A DNA stretch of 64,000 bases from Candidatus Moraniibacteriota bacterium. Lineage in GTDB: Bacteria > Patescibacteriota > Minisyncoccia > Moranbacterales > DUUL01. The stretch lies in assembly GCA_041596615.1 (NCBI GenBank), contig JBFHIG010000004.1, positions 5,280-69,279 of the forward strand, in the 5' to 3' direction. The first letter of the stretch is position 1; each line of letters starts with the position of its first letter. Below, one piece after another: positions 43,975 through 54,119 of this stretch. The notes beneath the pieces were generated by a model. The model made no database searches and was not told where the DNA came from. It worked only from the letters and a program-made list of their open reading frames with translations. The position numbers and the translations under genes are program-made.

Positions 43975-44346
43975 ATGAAAAAATATTATAACTCATCAGG
44001 AAAGACTAACGCACCACTTTCGGGAGCATGTGAAATAAATGGAATAGTGTACTTATCTGGACAAATCCATACTGATGAAAATTGGAAAATTATTGGTGAA
44101 ACAGTTGAGGAACGTTTTTCTATAATTATGAAAAAAGTGGAAGAAATTCTATCAGAGGCAGGTTTAACTAAAAATAACATTATTCGTGTGCAAATTTATC
44201 TTACAAACATAAGTGAGATTAAAGACTTAAATAGTGTTTACGTTGAATACTTTGATATTCACCCAATGCCAGTACGCACAGCCATAGGAGTAACAGAGCT
44301 ACCCCTTGGTGCGAGTTTAGAAATTGATATTATAGCAAGTCGCTAA
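43975..44346 (+). CDS. RidA/YjgF/L-PSP family enamine/imine deaminase
   Basis: 123 aa with ..NAPLSGACEINGIVYLSGQI.., ..RVQIYLTNISE.. and PVRTAIGVTELPLGASLEID. Confidence 0.85.
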   Translation: MKKYYNSSGKTNAPLSGACEINGIVYLSGQIHTDENWKIIGETVEERFSIIMKKVEEILSEAGLTKNNIIRVQIYLTNISEIKDLNSVYVEYFDIHPMPVRTAIGVTELPLGASLEIDIIASR

Positions 44347-44485
44347 CGACCCCAACTTGAATGTTAGCGACAGTTCGGTTCAAGATGAAAAACAGCTTTT
44401 AAAGAGGCTGCTTTTATTTTAGTAAAACCCATTGCAACAATGACCTAGTTGTATTACCATTAGAAGTGTAAGTTAAAATAAGAAA

Positions 44486-45691
44486 ATGCGAAATAACCTT
44501 GTAAAAATAATAGCGCTTTCGATGCTGGCGATTGCCTTTATTCTGTTGTTTTTTGGTGTAGCATATCTAAAAAATGCGAAAACAGAAGCTGGTGCGGAAA
44601 TACAAAAAGAAATTATTGAAACAGAAATCCTTGAAAAAGAAAAGATAAAAATTAAAACAGCTGAAATTGGAATTGATTTTCCTATTAAACCACCTTCGAT
44701 GGAGGTTATGAAAAAGAAAGGTTGTATCGCAGACGGACTTTTAAATGGGTATGATGAAAATACAGAGAAAGCGCTTGAAATGATTAACAGATCGGAGTGT
44801 AGATACTTGCATCGGGCAATCGAAACTTGGCTAGAAGCCCCAGATTTTACAGAAATCAGGAAGAATAAAGAAAAAATCATCAAGCAAGACATGATATATG
44901 GAATGTTTCTTGCGGAAGCAACTGACACAAAAGAGGAATATTTTTTCCCAGAGGAGGGAAGAATGTTTGATTTTGACAAAATGTGCAACAAAGGAACAAA
45001 AAATTATTGGGGAGAACACACTTGTCGGCCCTCAATGGAAAGAGAGGAATATCGGAAATATTTAAAATATATCACGGAGCAAGCAATTGATATTGGAGTT
45101 CAAAGCTTTATGTTTGGGCAAGTTTTCTATCAAGATAGTATTTCGAATCCGAGAGTCGGTGAAGTTATTAGTCAAATGAGAGAATATGCCAGAACAAAAG
45201 GGATTGAAATTGTGGTGGGTGCTCAGACAAACGACATTACAAAGAAGAGTTATTTGGATAATTTTGATTATATTGAAGGAGGAACTGGTCTGTTGTCTAA
45301 TGGAGAAATTGAAAATGGACCTTGTTTTTCGCGCTGGTGGAAAAAAGAAGGTGATTGGTGTTGGGCTCTTTTGTGGCACGAGAAATTTTCTTCCAATGTG
45401 GATAATGTATTTATACACTTGGATTGGAGTGGGAAGTTAAATGATGATATGAGCACCTTTGCTCAAATGGATGACGAATTAAGAGCTAAGACGTTGGAAA
45501 AACTATATACGTATTTTACTGAAAAAGGTGATGGTTTTTTATTGCCCATGTTAGCTGTTTTGCCCAAGGAAAATGGAGGATGTTATGGATCTAAGAAACG
45601 ATCATACTCAGCAGACAATAGATATTCTTGTGGAGACGAAGACATTATTGATGAAATCATAAAAAAAGCACATATAAAGCAAGGGAGCTAG
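44486..45691 (+). CDS. Hypothetical N-terminally membrane-anchored protein (401 aa), possibly a TIM-barrel-like hydrolase
   Basis: TM segment IIALSMLAIAFILLFFGVAYL followed by a soluble domain rich in W/C/E. No catalytic motif recognised. Confidence 0.45.
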   Translation: MRNNLVKIIALSMLAIAFILLFFGVAYLKNAKTEAGAEIQKEIIETEILEKEKIKIKTAEIGIDFPIKPPSMEVMKKKGCIADGLLNGYDENTEKALEMINRSECRYLHRAIETWLEAPDFTEIRKNKEKIIKQDMIYGMFLAEATDTKEEYFFPEEGRMFDFDKMCNKGTKNYWGEHTCRPSMEREEYRKYLKYITEQAIDIGVQSFMFGQVFYQDSISNPRVGEVISQMREYARTKGIEIVVGAQTNDITKKSYLDNFDYIEGGTGLLSNGEIENGPCFSRWWKKEGDWCWALLWHEKFSSNVDNVFIHLDWSGKLNDDMSTFAQMDDELRAKTLEKLYTYFTEKGDGFLLPMLAVLPKENGGCYGSKKRSYSADNRYSCGDEDIIDEIIKKAHIKQGS

Positions 45692-45762
45692 ACAAATAAT
45701 AATTGAATGTTAGTATAGATTGGAGTGAAAAAATACATTAATTTATCATATAGAGCAAAAAA

Positions 45763-46824
45763 ATGAGTATGGAAATTATCTTAGAATCCCAATTATGGGG
45801 AAATTCAGGTAAGCAATGGATTTTAGCAATCATCTTTTTTATAGGAGCTGTAATTGTTTTTAAAATATTTTCATCTTTGGTTATCTTGAAATTAAAAAAA
45901 ATATCTAAAAAGACAAAAACCAGCTTAGATGATTTCCTTGTCGGGTTGATTAAAAATATAAAACCCCCATTTTATTATTTTATGTCTCTTTACGGAGCAA
46001 CGAAACTCTTGCAACTCAATCAGTTGGCTGGGAAGATTGTGTTTGGAGTATTTTTAATCACAACTGTTTACCAGGCAATTATAATTTTACAAAAAATAAT
46101 TGACTTTGTTATTAAAGGAGCACTTAAAAGTTCTGATGATGAAATTGATCCAGACAAAGAGGCAATTGTTAGGCTGATTGGTCAATTGACAAAAGTAGCT
46201 CTTTGGATTGTTGGAGCCTTGCTAATCCTTTCTAATTTTGGAATAGATATAACATCTCTAATCGCTGGGTTGGGGATTGGAGGTATTGCAATTGCCTTAG
46301 CTCTACAAAATATTTTAGGTGATATGTTTGCCTCTTTTTCAATTTTTATCGACAAACCATTTAAGGTGGGAGATTTTATCTCTATTAGTCCTACTGAGAA
46401 AGGAACTGTTGAAAAAATAGGAATAAAAACAACGAGAGTAAAAACCCTTCAAGGACAACAAATTGTCGTTTCCAACAAAAAACTAACAGATAGTTCAGTT
46501 GAAAATTTTCGCAGAATGGAAAAGAGAAGGGTGAATTTTGGTTTCGGGGTGACCTATGAAACACCAGTTGAAAAATTAAGAGAAATTCCCAAGATGGTTG
46601 AGGAAATCATAGAGAGTAAAGAAAAAGTCAAATTTAACAGAGCTCATTTCAAGAGACTTGGAAACTCAAGTTTGGACTTTAAGGTGATTTATACAATGGA
46701 AAGTCCTGAATACAAGGAATATATGGACGTACAACAAGAGATTAATTTTGAAATAATGGAGAGGTTTGAAAAAGAAGGCATTGAGTTTGCTTATCCTACA
46801 CAAACAATTTTTGTAAAAAAATAA
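45763..46824 (+). CDS. Small-conductance mechanosensitive channel (MscS family)
   Basis: TM region, then the beta-domain signature FKVGDFISISPTEKGTVEKIGIKTTRVKTLQGQQIVVSNKKL. Confidence 0.85.
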   Translation: MSMEIILESQLWGNSGKQWILAIIFFIGAVIVFKIFSSLVILKLKKISKKTKTSLDDFLVGLIKNIKPPFYYFMSLYGATKLLQLNQLAGKIVFGVFLITTVYQAIIILQKIIDFVIKGALKSSDDEIDPDKEAIVRLIGQLTKVALWIVGALLILSNFGIDITSLIAGLGIGGIAIALALQNILGDMFASFSIFIDKPFKVGDFISISPTEKGTVEKIGIKTTRVKTLQGQQIVVSNKKLTDSSVENFRRMEKRRVNFGFGVTYETPVEKLREIPKMVEEIIESKEKVKFNRAHFKRLGNSSLDFKVIYTMESPEYKEYMDVQQEINFEIMERFEKEGIEFAYPTQTIFVKK

Positions 46825-46863
46825 AACAAATAAAAAAGTTGAATAATTTTGTTAATTTATTTT

Positions 46864-48687
46864 ATGGATAAATTTAGGTTGTATTGGAACAAGAATTGGC
46901 ATATTTGGTTGCTAATAGGGGTGATGCTTTTTGTTCTTGGTGTTAGATCTTGGAATATTGAAGATACTTTATATTTCAGAATGGATCAAGCAAGGGATGC
47001 AAAGTTGATTAAAACAGCTTTTGAGGGAGGAATGGGGGAACTCCCACTTTTAGGGCCACGAGCTGCGGGTTCTTTTTTGCGCCTTGGACCAGCCTTCTAT
47101 TATTTTCAGTTTTTGTCTGCCAAAGCCTTTAATTCAGTTGAACCCTATGTGTTGGCTTTTCCGGACTTGCTTTTCTCGATTTTAACGATTCCTCTTTTTT
47201 ATTATTTTTTAAGAAGCTTTTTCTCCAGAAAGGTCAGTTTTGCAGTTGTTTGTGTTTTCGCATCATCTTTTATTTTGACGCAGTATTCTCGTTTTGCTTG
47301 GAATCCAAATTCAATTCCATTTTGGGCACTGTTAACTCTTTTAGGGGCCTATAAGTGTGTTGTCATTAAAAAACCAAAACAAGCAGAAAAATGGCTTCTA
47401 GTAGCAGCTTTTGGATATGCCATTGCTAGTCAAATGCATTTTACGGCATTACTTTCTTTACCAGCAATAATTGCAGGTTTCTGGGTTTTTAATTGGCCTA
47501 AGCAAATTAGATTTAAATTTTGGGCATTAGCTCTAGGAATTTTTGCTTTTTTCTACATCCCAATGGCTATCAGCGAAGCTTTTACGAAATTTGATAATGC
47601 TCATCAATTTCTTTATGCACTCACAACTAAAGGGACTGACGACGTCACAATAAAAGAACAACTTGAAGAATCTTTGCGTTTGCATGCAAAATATTATTCA
47701 ATGATGTTGACTTCTTATGGTAATATGAAATCAAAAGAATTTATTCTAGCTTTTGGATTTATGATTATTTTCTCTGTCTGGAGGTTTAGAGTTGCCTGGA
47801 AGTCTGAAGAATGGCAAACAAAAAAAGCTTTTATTTATCTTACCGCATCTTGGTTTCTGGTTTTTCTAGTACTTTATACAAAATTGGCAATGGATATTTC
47901 TAAACCAAGATTTTGGCTACTAATAGCATTCCTGCCTTATATCTTCCTTGCTTTACTTTTTCAATGGCTAGAAAGCTTTAAAAACAAAAAATTTGCTAAG
48001 ACCATGGTGGTAGGAATTGCTGGGTTTTTAATTTTTATAAATATGTATGCCGTTGGTTTTTGGTATTATTCTTTGAGTACACAAAACGAAATAAAAGGCA
48101 CATTTTCAAGAGATTTAGAACTAAAACAAAGTGATCTAATCGGAATAAAACAGATGAGAATGGTGGCGAATGACTGGGTTGCTATTTCAGAAAAAAATAA
48201 CAAAAAGATTTGCTATCGATCAGAAACTGCTTATTTATATCCATACGAATATGTTTTGGCTGTTTATTATCCCAACGTTGAAGCAAAAAGAACAAAATTT
48301 GCAGACGATACAAATGAAAATTGCTCTTTTGTTTCTGTTCGACACGGTGAGACAAAAGGAAAAAATCCAATTGAAAAAGCCCATATAGATGAGTTTGATG
48401 TTGTTTCTAAAAAACTCTATAGTAAAACAATAGTATGGGAGCTTACTCGGAAAGACGAGATAATCGAAGATTTTCAAACCGAAGAACAAAAAAACCTTGT
48501 TGAAGAAAACAAAAATTCCAATGAAATTTCCAAAAAAACAGAGAGTGTCATAGTTGACGAAAACAATTTTGAGATAAGTGAAGAAATAGATGATATTGCG
48601 GAAGAGGACACAAAAACAAAAAAATTACCCAGAAAACCGCGTGTTTTTTGGAAACATGTTTTTGGAAGTCAAGAATATAAAGGTTAA
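46864..48687 (+). CDS. GT-C-type (ArnT/PMT-like) polytopic glycosyltransferase candidate with a soluble acidic C-terminal region
   Basis: At least 10 TM segments, a first-loop acidic motif (FRMDQARDA), and a C-terminal ~200 aa hydrophilic region. I chose the ATG at 46864; the track start at 46849 is TTG. Confidence 0.55.
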   Translation: MDKFRLYWNKNWHIWLLIGVMLFVLGVRSWNIEDTLYFRMDQARDAKLIKTAFEGGMGELPLLGPRAAGSFLRLGPAFYYFQFLSAKAFNSVEPYVLAFPDLLFSILTIPLFYYFLRSFFSRKVSFAVVCVFASSFILTQYSRFAWNPNSIPFWALLTLLGAYKCVVIKKPKQAEKWLLVAAFGYAIASQMHFTALLSLPAIIAGFWVFNWPKQIRFKFWALALGIFAFFYIPMAISEAFTKFDNAHQFLYALTTKGTDDVTIKEQLEESLRLHAKYYSMMLTSYGNMKSKEFILAFGFMIIFSVWRFRVAWKSEEWQTKKAFIYLTASWFLVFLVLYTKLAMDISKPRFWLLIAFLPYIFLALLFQWLESFKNKKFAKTMVVGIAGFLIFINMYAVGFWYYSLSTQNEIKGTFSRDLELKQSDLIGIKQMRMVANDWVAISEKNNKKICYRSETAYLYPYEYVLAVYYPNVEAKRTKFADDTNENCSFVSVRHGETKGKNPIEKAHIDEFDVVSKKLYSKTIVWELTRKDEIIEDFQTEEQKNLVEENKNSNEISKKTESVIVDENNFEISEEIDDIAEEDTKTKKLPRKPRVFWKHVFGSQEYKG

Positions 48688-48707
48688 TTTTTATTTAAGA
48701 AAAAACG

Positions 48708-49511
48708 ATGCAATTTGGTTTTACCAAAGAAGACCTAATTAGGTGGCAAGATAGTAGTTTTATGCTACAAGGCAAAAAAGAAACAGCTGTAATTATTTTT
48801 CATGGCTGGTCCGCATTACCCAAACAAACAAGATCACTTGCAGAATTTATTAACAAACAAGGATATTTAACCTATTCACCACTTTTTAAGGGACACGGAA
48901 CGCATCCAGATGATTTAGCTGATGCTAGAAAAGAGGATTGGCTCAATGATGCCAAATTGGCGATTGAAAAAGTAAAAACTCAAAAAGGGATAAAAAAAGT
49001 TGTTTTAGTGGGAATTTCATTGGGCGGTAATATCTCATTACTTATAAGTCAAAAAATGAAAGTTGACGGGGTAGTTCTTTTGGGCACCCCAATACATTTT
49101 AAAAATCATTTCGGTGTTTGGATTGCTTCAATTTTTGTTCCATTTTTTAAAAAGTATCTTAAAAAGAGCTACCCTAAAAGCATTCAACGAGACTTTGATT
49201 TTTTAAACACCACTTCATATCAATATTATCCTACAAAAAGCGTAAGAGAGGTTTTACGTTCGATGAGAAGTTGTTCATTTTCTTTGCCCAAAGTGACAAC
49301 ACCAACTTTTATATTACAAACAAGTAAAGATTATATTGTTGCGAAATATTCCCCTTGGGTCATTTATAACAGCATTGGCTCTAAGGTAAAAAAACTGCAA
49401 TGGATTAAACTCCAAAAAGAAGATCACGTTTTTGTGCAAGACGAGATGAAAGATTGTTATATTTTGATCTCTAATTTTATCGATCAAATTAGTTCTCAAG
49501 GTAATAAATAA
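48708..49511 (+). CDS. Alpha/beta-hydrolase (carboxylesterase/lipase type)
   Basis: FHGWSALP...GHG, a nucleophile elbow GISLGG, and late Asp/His contexts (SKDYIV, EDHVF). Confidence 0.8.
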   Translation: MQFGFTKEDLIRWQDSSFMLQGKKETAVIIFHGWSALPKQTRSLAEFINKQGYLTYSPLFKGHGTHPDDLADARKEDWLNDAKLAIEKVKTQKGIKKVVLVGISLGGNISLLISQKMKVDGVVLLGTPIHFKNHFGVWIASIFVPFFKKYLKKSYPKSIQRDFDFLNTTSYQYYPTKSVREVLRSMRSCSFSLPKVTTPTFILQTSKDYIVAKYSPWVIYNSIGSKVKKLQWIKLQKEDHVFVQDEMKDCYILISNFIDQISSQGNK

Positions 49512-49519
49512 AAAAATTA

Positions 49520-50683
49520 ATGAAAATTGCTTTTTTTGCAAATTCCTATTTTCCAATTACTTATGGTTCAACAGTTTCTATGGAAAATTTTCGCATTGGA
49601 CTAGAAAAGTTGGGACATGAGGTGTATATATTCACTCCTCGTTTTTGGGGCTATAAATATGAAACAAAAAATATTTATCTATATCCCTCGGTGATGTTTG
49701 GTTATAAAATAAAATATCCTATTGCTCTTCTTAAATTTTCAAACATTGCAAATAAAATAGATAAAATTGGCTTTGATATAATTCACGCACAGCATCCCTT
49801 TTCAGTTGGTTGTGATGCTATGAAAATCGCAAAAAAGAGAAATATCCCTATGATTTTTACGCATCACGCTAAGTATGAAGAATATGTCCATTATGTACCA
49901 CCGATTATTCCTCAAAAGCTTTTAAAAGCAATTATCAGAAAAAAGGTAGTAAAGTTTGCAAATAATTGCGATATCTGCATTTCTCCCAGTCAGACAGTTA
50001 AAAAGTATATGCAAAACAGGAAGATAAAATCACTAATAGAGGTTCTTCCAACTGGGATAGAATGGGATAAATTTCAAAAAGGAAACAAGGAGGCGATTAG
50101 AAAAAAATTAGGAATTATGAAAGATGAAAAAGTAATTCTATTTTTAGGAAGGATAGAAGCTGAGAAAAACATCATATTTCTTGTTGAGGAAATTTTACCA
50201 ATTCTTCAAGCAAACAAAAAGGCAAAGTTTCTTTTAGTGGGCGAGGGTAGTTTGATTGAAAAAATAAAAGAAAAGGCTGAAAAACAAGGCGTGTTAGAAC
50301 AACTTTTTTTTACTGGAATTGTAAAACAAAAAGAGATTGTTGATTTTTATACAGTGGCAGATGTTTTTGTGCATGCCTCATTAACCGAAACACAAGGGAT
50401 GACCATCGCTGAAGCAATGGCCACTGGCCTACCGATTGTTGCCATTAAAGCACCAGGAGTTATTGATCAACTAGAAGATCGAAAAAATGGAATATTGATT
50501 GCTCAAAAAAAAGGTCTTTTTAAGAAAGAGGTAGAAAAGATATTTGTAAATGAATATAAAGGCAAGGAACTTGGGAGTGCCGCAAGAAAGAAAGCAAAAG
50601 AATTTGATAACCTAATAAGAGCAAGACAATTGGAAAGTATCTATCAGAAGGCAATTGCAAACAAAAAACAGTCTAGCGAGTAA
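49520..50683 (+). CDS. GT-B glycosyltransferase (GT4-like)
   Basis: MKIAFFANSYFPITYGS..., LFLGRIEAEKN and ..HASLTETQGMTIAEAMATGLPIVA.. (EX7E). Confidence 0.85.
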   Translation: MKIAFFANSYFPITYGSTVSMENFRIGLEKLGHEVYIFTPRFWGYKYETKNIYLYPSVMFGYKIKYPIALLKFSNIANKIDKIGFDIIHAQHPFSVGCDAMKIAKKRNIPMIFTHHAKYEEYVHYVPPIIPQKLLKAIIRKKVVKFANNCDICISPSQTVKKYMQNRKIKSLIEVLPTGIEWDKFQKGNKEAIRKKLGIMKDEKVILFLGRIEAEKNIIFLVEEILPILQANKKAKFLLVGEGSLIEKIKEKAEKQGVLEQLFFTGIVKQKEIVDFYTVADVFVHASLTETQGMTIAEAMATGLPIVAIKAPGVIDQLEDRKNGILIAQKKGLFKKEVEKIFVNEYKGKELGSAARKKAKEFDNLIRARQLESIYQKAIANKKQSSE

Positions 50684-51830
50684 CGTTAGAAATGCAATGC
50701 AGACTACCACCTCTTTTATATAAAGTATCATCAAAAACAGGAACAGGAACATAGCCTAATTCAGAGAAAAGAACAAAGGCTTCAAGGGCATTGCCCCGCA
50801 GGTCTTCTTTTTTAAGAAACTTTTTCTCTTTAACTAAAGTTTTTATTTCCCCCGGATACACTGGAAAAATGACAGTATTTTCTTTTGTTAGAGAGTTTTT
50901 ATAGACGATTGCATTTAGAGGAGACATGGAATTTTCTACGTCTTTCAATGAAATTGGTAATGTTTTAGTTTCAAAACCAAGCCTTTCCAGTTGTTTTTTA
51001 TATAAAATGTGTTGAGTCGCAGCTTCACTCGATGGTGCATCATTGATAGAATTTATAACAACAACATTGTCTTTAAGAAATAAAACTGATTGATCTAGGT
51101 GTATAAAATTATCTATTCTTCTTTTGTCTCCCAAAACTATTATTTTAGAAGCAGGAAAAGTCCTTTTGACAAGGTTTTTTATCTGAAAATTAAACAAAGT
51201 TTGCTTGTTTAATTTGTATAAATCCTGAGTTTTTTTAATACTATCAAAGTCTATAAAAATGAAACTTCCTAAAGAACTTTTTGCTGCTAGGATATTTCCT
51301 CCTTCGAAGAAGAATGGCGCGGTTAGAGATTTTTCTGAATTTTTAAAAGGCATATTTCTTTTGTATATGCGCGTAAAAGCAGTTGATAAAGTGGTTGTTT
51401 TCGGTAATAAAAGATAGTCAGAAAAGCCATTATTAACTGGTTCAAAACAATCTTGAGCCCACATTTCCAGATTGCTATTGTCGGAAAAATAATAAGTTAT
51501 CTCGTTGGTTATCCCAAGGGTTGAGATAAATTCTGCCAGAATTTCTTTGTTGACTGTGTGCGTAAAGATGGAAATTTTTGTATAATTTGGGATGTTTAAC
51601 AAAAGATTAGCATAACCAGCGTTTAATAACAGCAAGGTTTCTTGATAGGAAGCTGTTTTTTCTGGAATAGTAAGAGTTATTTCCTCTAAGCTTCTTTCGT
51701 ATTCAGGAATAATTGAGAGATTAAATTCTTCAAGAGAACTATTCGCAGGCCTATTTATTTTTAAGAAATAAAAGCAAGTCAAGGGCAATAAGATCAATAA
51801 AATCAGTATTTTGGTTTTTTCTGTTGTCAT
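50673..51830 (-). CDS. Membrane-anchored or secreted guanidino-group-modifying enzyme (agmatine deiminase / PAD_porph-like)
   Basis: The C-terminal GGSLHCISNV matches the catalytic-Cys motif (GGxxHCxT/S) of the agmatine/arginine deiminase superfamily. The N-terminal hydrophobic segment is ILILLILLPLTCFYF. The ATG at 51830 overlaps the recG TGA (ATGA). The track start at 51836 is TTG. Confidence 0.55.
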   Translation of the reverse strand: MTTEKTKILILLILLPLTCFYFLKINRPANSSLEEFNLSIIPEYERSLEEITLTIPEKTASYQETLLLLNAGYANLLLNIPNYTKISIFTHTVNKEILAEFISTLGITNEITYYFSDNSNLEMWAQDCFEPVNNGFSDYLLLPKTTTLSTAFTRIYKRNMPFKNSEKSLTAPFFFEGGNILAAKSSLGSFIFIDFDSIKKTQDLYKLNKQTLFNFQIKNLVKRTFPASKIIVLGDKRRIDNFIHLDQSVLFLKDNVVVINSINDAPSSEAATQHILYKKQLERLGFETKTLPISLKDVENSMSPLNAIVYKNSLTKENTVIFPVYPGEIKTLVKEKKFLKKEDLRGNALEAFVLFSELGYVPVPVFDDTLYKRGGSLHCISNVTR

Positions 51831-53950
51831 TCCCAATGAATTGAAGAGTTTAATGAGTCTAGCTTTTTTTTCAATAAAGGAAATGCTTTTAGAAAAGCGT
51901 CTAAAGCTAATATTTCCTGAGCATTTGTTCTAGCAAGTTGAATTAAATTAATATCAGTTAGTGATTCCATCGCAATGTCTGGTACACCAGACTGAGCAAG
52001 TCCCATAAATTGTCCTGGTCCTCGAAGTTTCATGTCTTCTTTGGCTATTATAAAACCATCGTTGGTTTTTTCCATAACACCTAAACGTTTTGTGGAGGGA
52101 GGAGCGTTGACAGAAGTAATTAAGAAGCAATAGGATTGGTGATTTCCTCGCCCAACTCTTCCTCTAAATTGATGCAATTGAGCCAAGCCAAAACGCTCAG
52201 CACCCTCTATAATCATTACAGAGGCATTTGGAATGTCTATACCAACCTCAACAACAGAAGTTGCTACCAGGATGTCAAATTTCTTATTTTTAAAAGCCCC
52301 CATAATTCTCTCTTTGTCTTTGGCTTTCATTTTACCATGCAAAAGCTCAAGCTTAAATTGAGCAAAAGGCCCTTTTTTTAATTTTTCAATTTCTTCAGTT
52401 GCTGCTTTGACCTGAGAGATTTTTGAGGACTCCTCAACTAAAGGATAGATTATAAAAATTTGTCTACCTTTTTTAATTTCTTGTTTAATGAAAGTGTAAA
52501 CTCCTTCGCGATTTTTAGAGTCTATAACTTTGGTTATAATTGGCTTTCTTCCTTTTGGATATTCATTAACAATAGAAAGATCGAGGTTTCCGAAAAGTGC
52601 CAGTGAAAGTGTTCTTGGTATGGGTGTAGCAGTCATTGTTAGTAAGTGCGGAATTTTAGCAGGAACGCCATCTTTAACTCCTAGAGTTTCTTGTTGAAGG
52701 TAAGCTCTTTGTTTAACTCCAAAGCGATGTTGTTCATCAATTCCAATCAAAGCAAGTTTTTTAAATGAGATGGTGTCTTGCAAAAGAGCATGCGTTCCAA
52801 TAATAAAATCTATCTTACCCAATGAAAGTTCTTTTTTTAACTTTTTTTTGTCGACACCTTCATTGCCAATCTTACTTTGATTTCCACTAAGAAGGGCACC
52901 TCTGTAAGAAAGTTTATTGAATAAAGCGGAGATTCCCTCGTAGTGTTGAACTGCTAAAACTTCTGTCGGAGCAAGAAAGGCTGATTGAAAACCATTTGAA
53001 ATGGTTGAAAGAATTGCTAGAGCAGCGACAACGGTTTTTCCGCTTCCCACATCACCTTCCAATAATCTATTCATGGGGGTACTCTTTTCTAAATCACGAA
53101 TAATTTGCCAAGCTGATTTTTTTTGAGCATCTGTTAATGTGAAAGGCAAAGAGCTTACAAAACTTTGAATTAATTTTTGTTTAAACTTTATTTTAGGAGC
53201 CTTGTTTTTGTCCCAAACTGCCTTTATGGATAAAGCTTTTAGTTGGAAAAGGAACATTTTTTCAAAAGCGAAGCGTTTTTTTGCCAAGACACTCTCTTCA
53301 ATGCTTTCGGGAAAATGAATTCCCCAAAGAGCATCCTCAAGAGATAGCAAATCACAAGCATCAAGTGTTTTGGGAGGAAGAAATTCTTCAATCTCAACGG
53401 TATCAAAAACTCTTTTAATGGTTTTTCTTAACCAAAAAGAAGTTAAACCTTTGGTCTCTGGATAAATTGAAATAAGCGACCCAGTAGAAAAAGAGCTTGC
53501 CTCAAACCCCTTCAAGGAGGCAATTTTTTCTTTTGAGAGTAACTCAAAATTAGGGTGCTGAAACTGAAGTTCATTTTTTTGAGAAAGAGCTGTTTTTCCG
53601 CTAATTTGAATTAGACGCCCCTTGGATGCATATTTTAAGGGACCAGCCAAATTAAACCAAACAGCTTTTACCAGGCCAGTCTCGTCTTTTATATACATTT
53701 CCGTGATAGACATCCTTTTTCTTATTGCCCGTTTGGTTTGCATTTCTGTGATTTCACCTCTGATTGTCACAATCTCGCCAATTCCAAGGCTAGAAATTGT
53801 TTTAAATTGAGAAAAATCTTCATATCTGGAGGGAAAGTGATATAATAAATCCCCAACAGTTGAAATGTTAAGGTTTAAAAGTTTCCGCCTCCAAGTAGCA
53901 GAAATAAAAGCAATTTTTTCTATAGGCGTTAAGAAGGAGAGGCTTGGCAT
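51827..53950 (-). CDS. recG: ATP-dependent DNA helicase RecG
   Basis: N-terminal wedge region (..LLYHFPSRYEDF..), Walker A GDVGSGKTVVA, DEQHRFGV, TATPIPRTL and QLHQFRGRVGRG. Confidence 0.9.
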   Translation of the reverse strand: MPSLSFLTPIEKIAFISATWRRKLLNLNISTVGDLLYHFPSRYEDFSQFKTISSLGIGEIVTIRGEITEMQTKRAIRKRMSITEMYIKDETGLVKAVWFNLAGPLKYASKGRLIQISGKTALSQKNELQFQHPNFELLSKEKIASLKGFEASSFSTGSLISIYPETKGLTSFWLRKTIKRVFDTVEIEEFLPPKTLDACDLLSLEDALWGIHFPESIEESVLAKKRFAFEKMFLFQLKALSIKAVWDKNKAPKIKFKQKLIQSFVSSLPFTLTDAQKKSAWQIIRDLEKSTPMNRLLEGDVGSGKTVVAALAILSTISNGFQSAFLAPTEVLAVQHYEGISALFNKLSYRGALLSGNQSKIGNEGVDKKKLKKELSLGKIDFIIGTHALLQDTISFKKLALIGIDEQHRFGVKQRAYLQQETLGVKDGVPAKIPHLLTMTATPIPRTLSLALFGNLDLSIVNEYPKGRKPIITKVIDSKNREGVYTFIKQEIKKGRQIFIIYPLVEESSKISQVKAATEEIEKLKKGPFAQFKLELLHGKMKAKDKERIMGAFKNKKFDILVATSVVEVGIDIPNASVMIIEGAERFGLAQLHQFRGRVGRGNHQSYCFLITSVNAPPSTKRLGVMEKTNDGFIIAKEDMKLRGPGQFMGLAQSGVPDIAMESLTDINLIQLARTNAQEILALDAFLKAFPLLKKKLDSLNSSIHWE

Positions 53951-53982
53951 ATTCTGTATTTAAAAAAAACAGATAAAAATAG

Positions 53983-54056
53983 TGTCCTTGGCAGGATTTG
54001 AACCTACGACCTTTGGTTCCGCAAACCAATGCTCTATCCAACTGAGCTACAAGGAC
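53983..54056 (-). tRNA. tRNA-Arg (anticodon GCG)
   Basis: The reverse complement folds as acceptor GTCCTTG/CAAGGAC, D-arm GCTC-AGTTGGATA-GAGC, anticodon arm TTGGT-TTGCGGA-ACCAA, T-arm GTAGG-TTCAAAT-CCTGC, discriminator A. Confidence 0.85.
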
Positions 54057-54119
54057 AAGAATAATAAAAAGAGCACTACTTCATTAAATCCTGAAATGGC
54101 ACCCTTTGTCAAATATTTT

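Noticed and set aside
43911-44360. A 10-bp direct repeat CCCCAACTTG flanks the RidA gene just downstream of the tRNA cluster, which could mark att sites of a tiny integrated cassette.
   Set aside because: The first copy is simply part of the tRNA-operon terminator stem-loop. A single 10-mer match within 450 bp is within chance expectation for a 64-kb window, and no integrase or other mobility gene is present.
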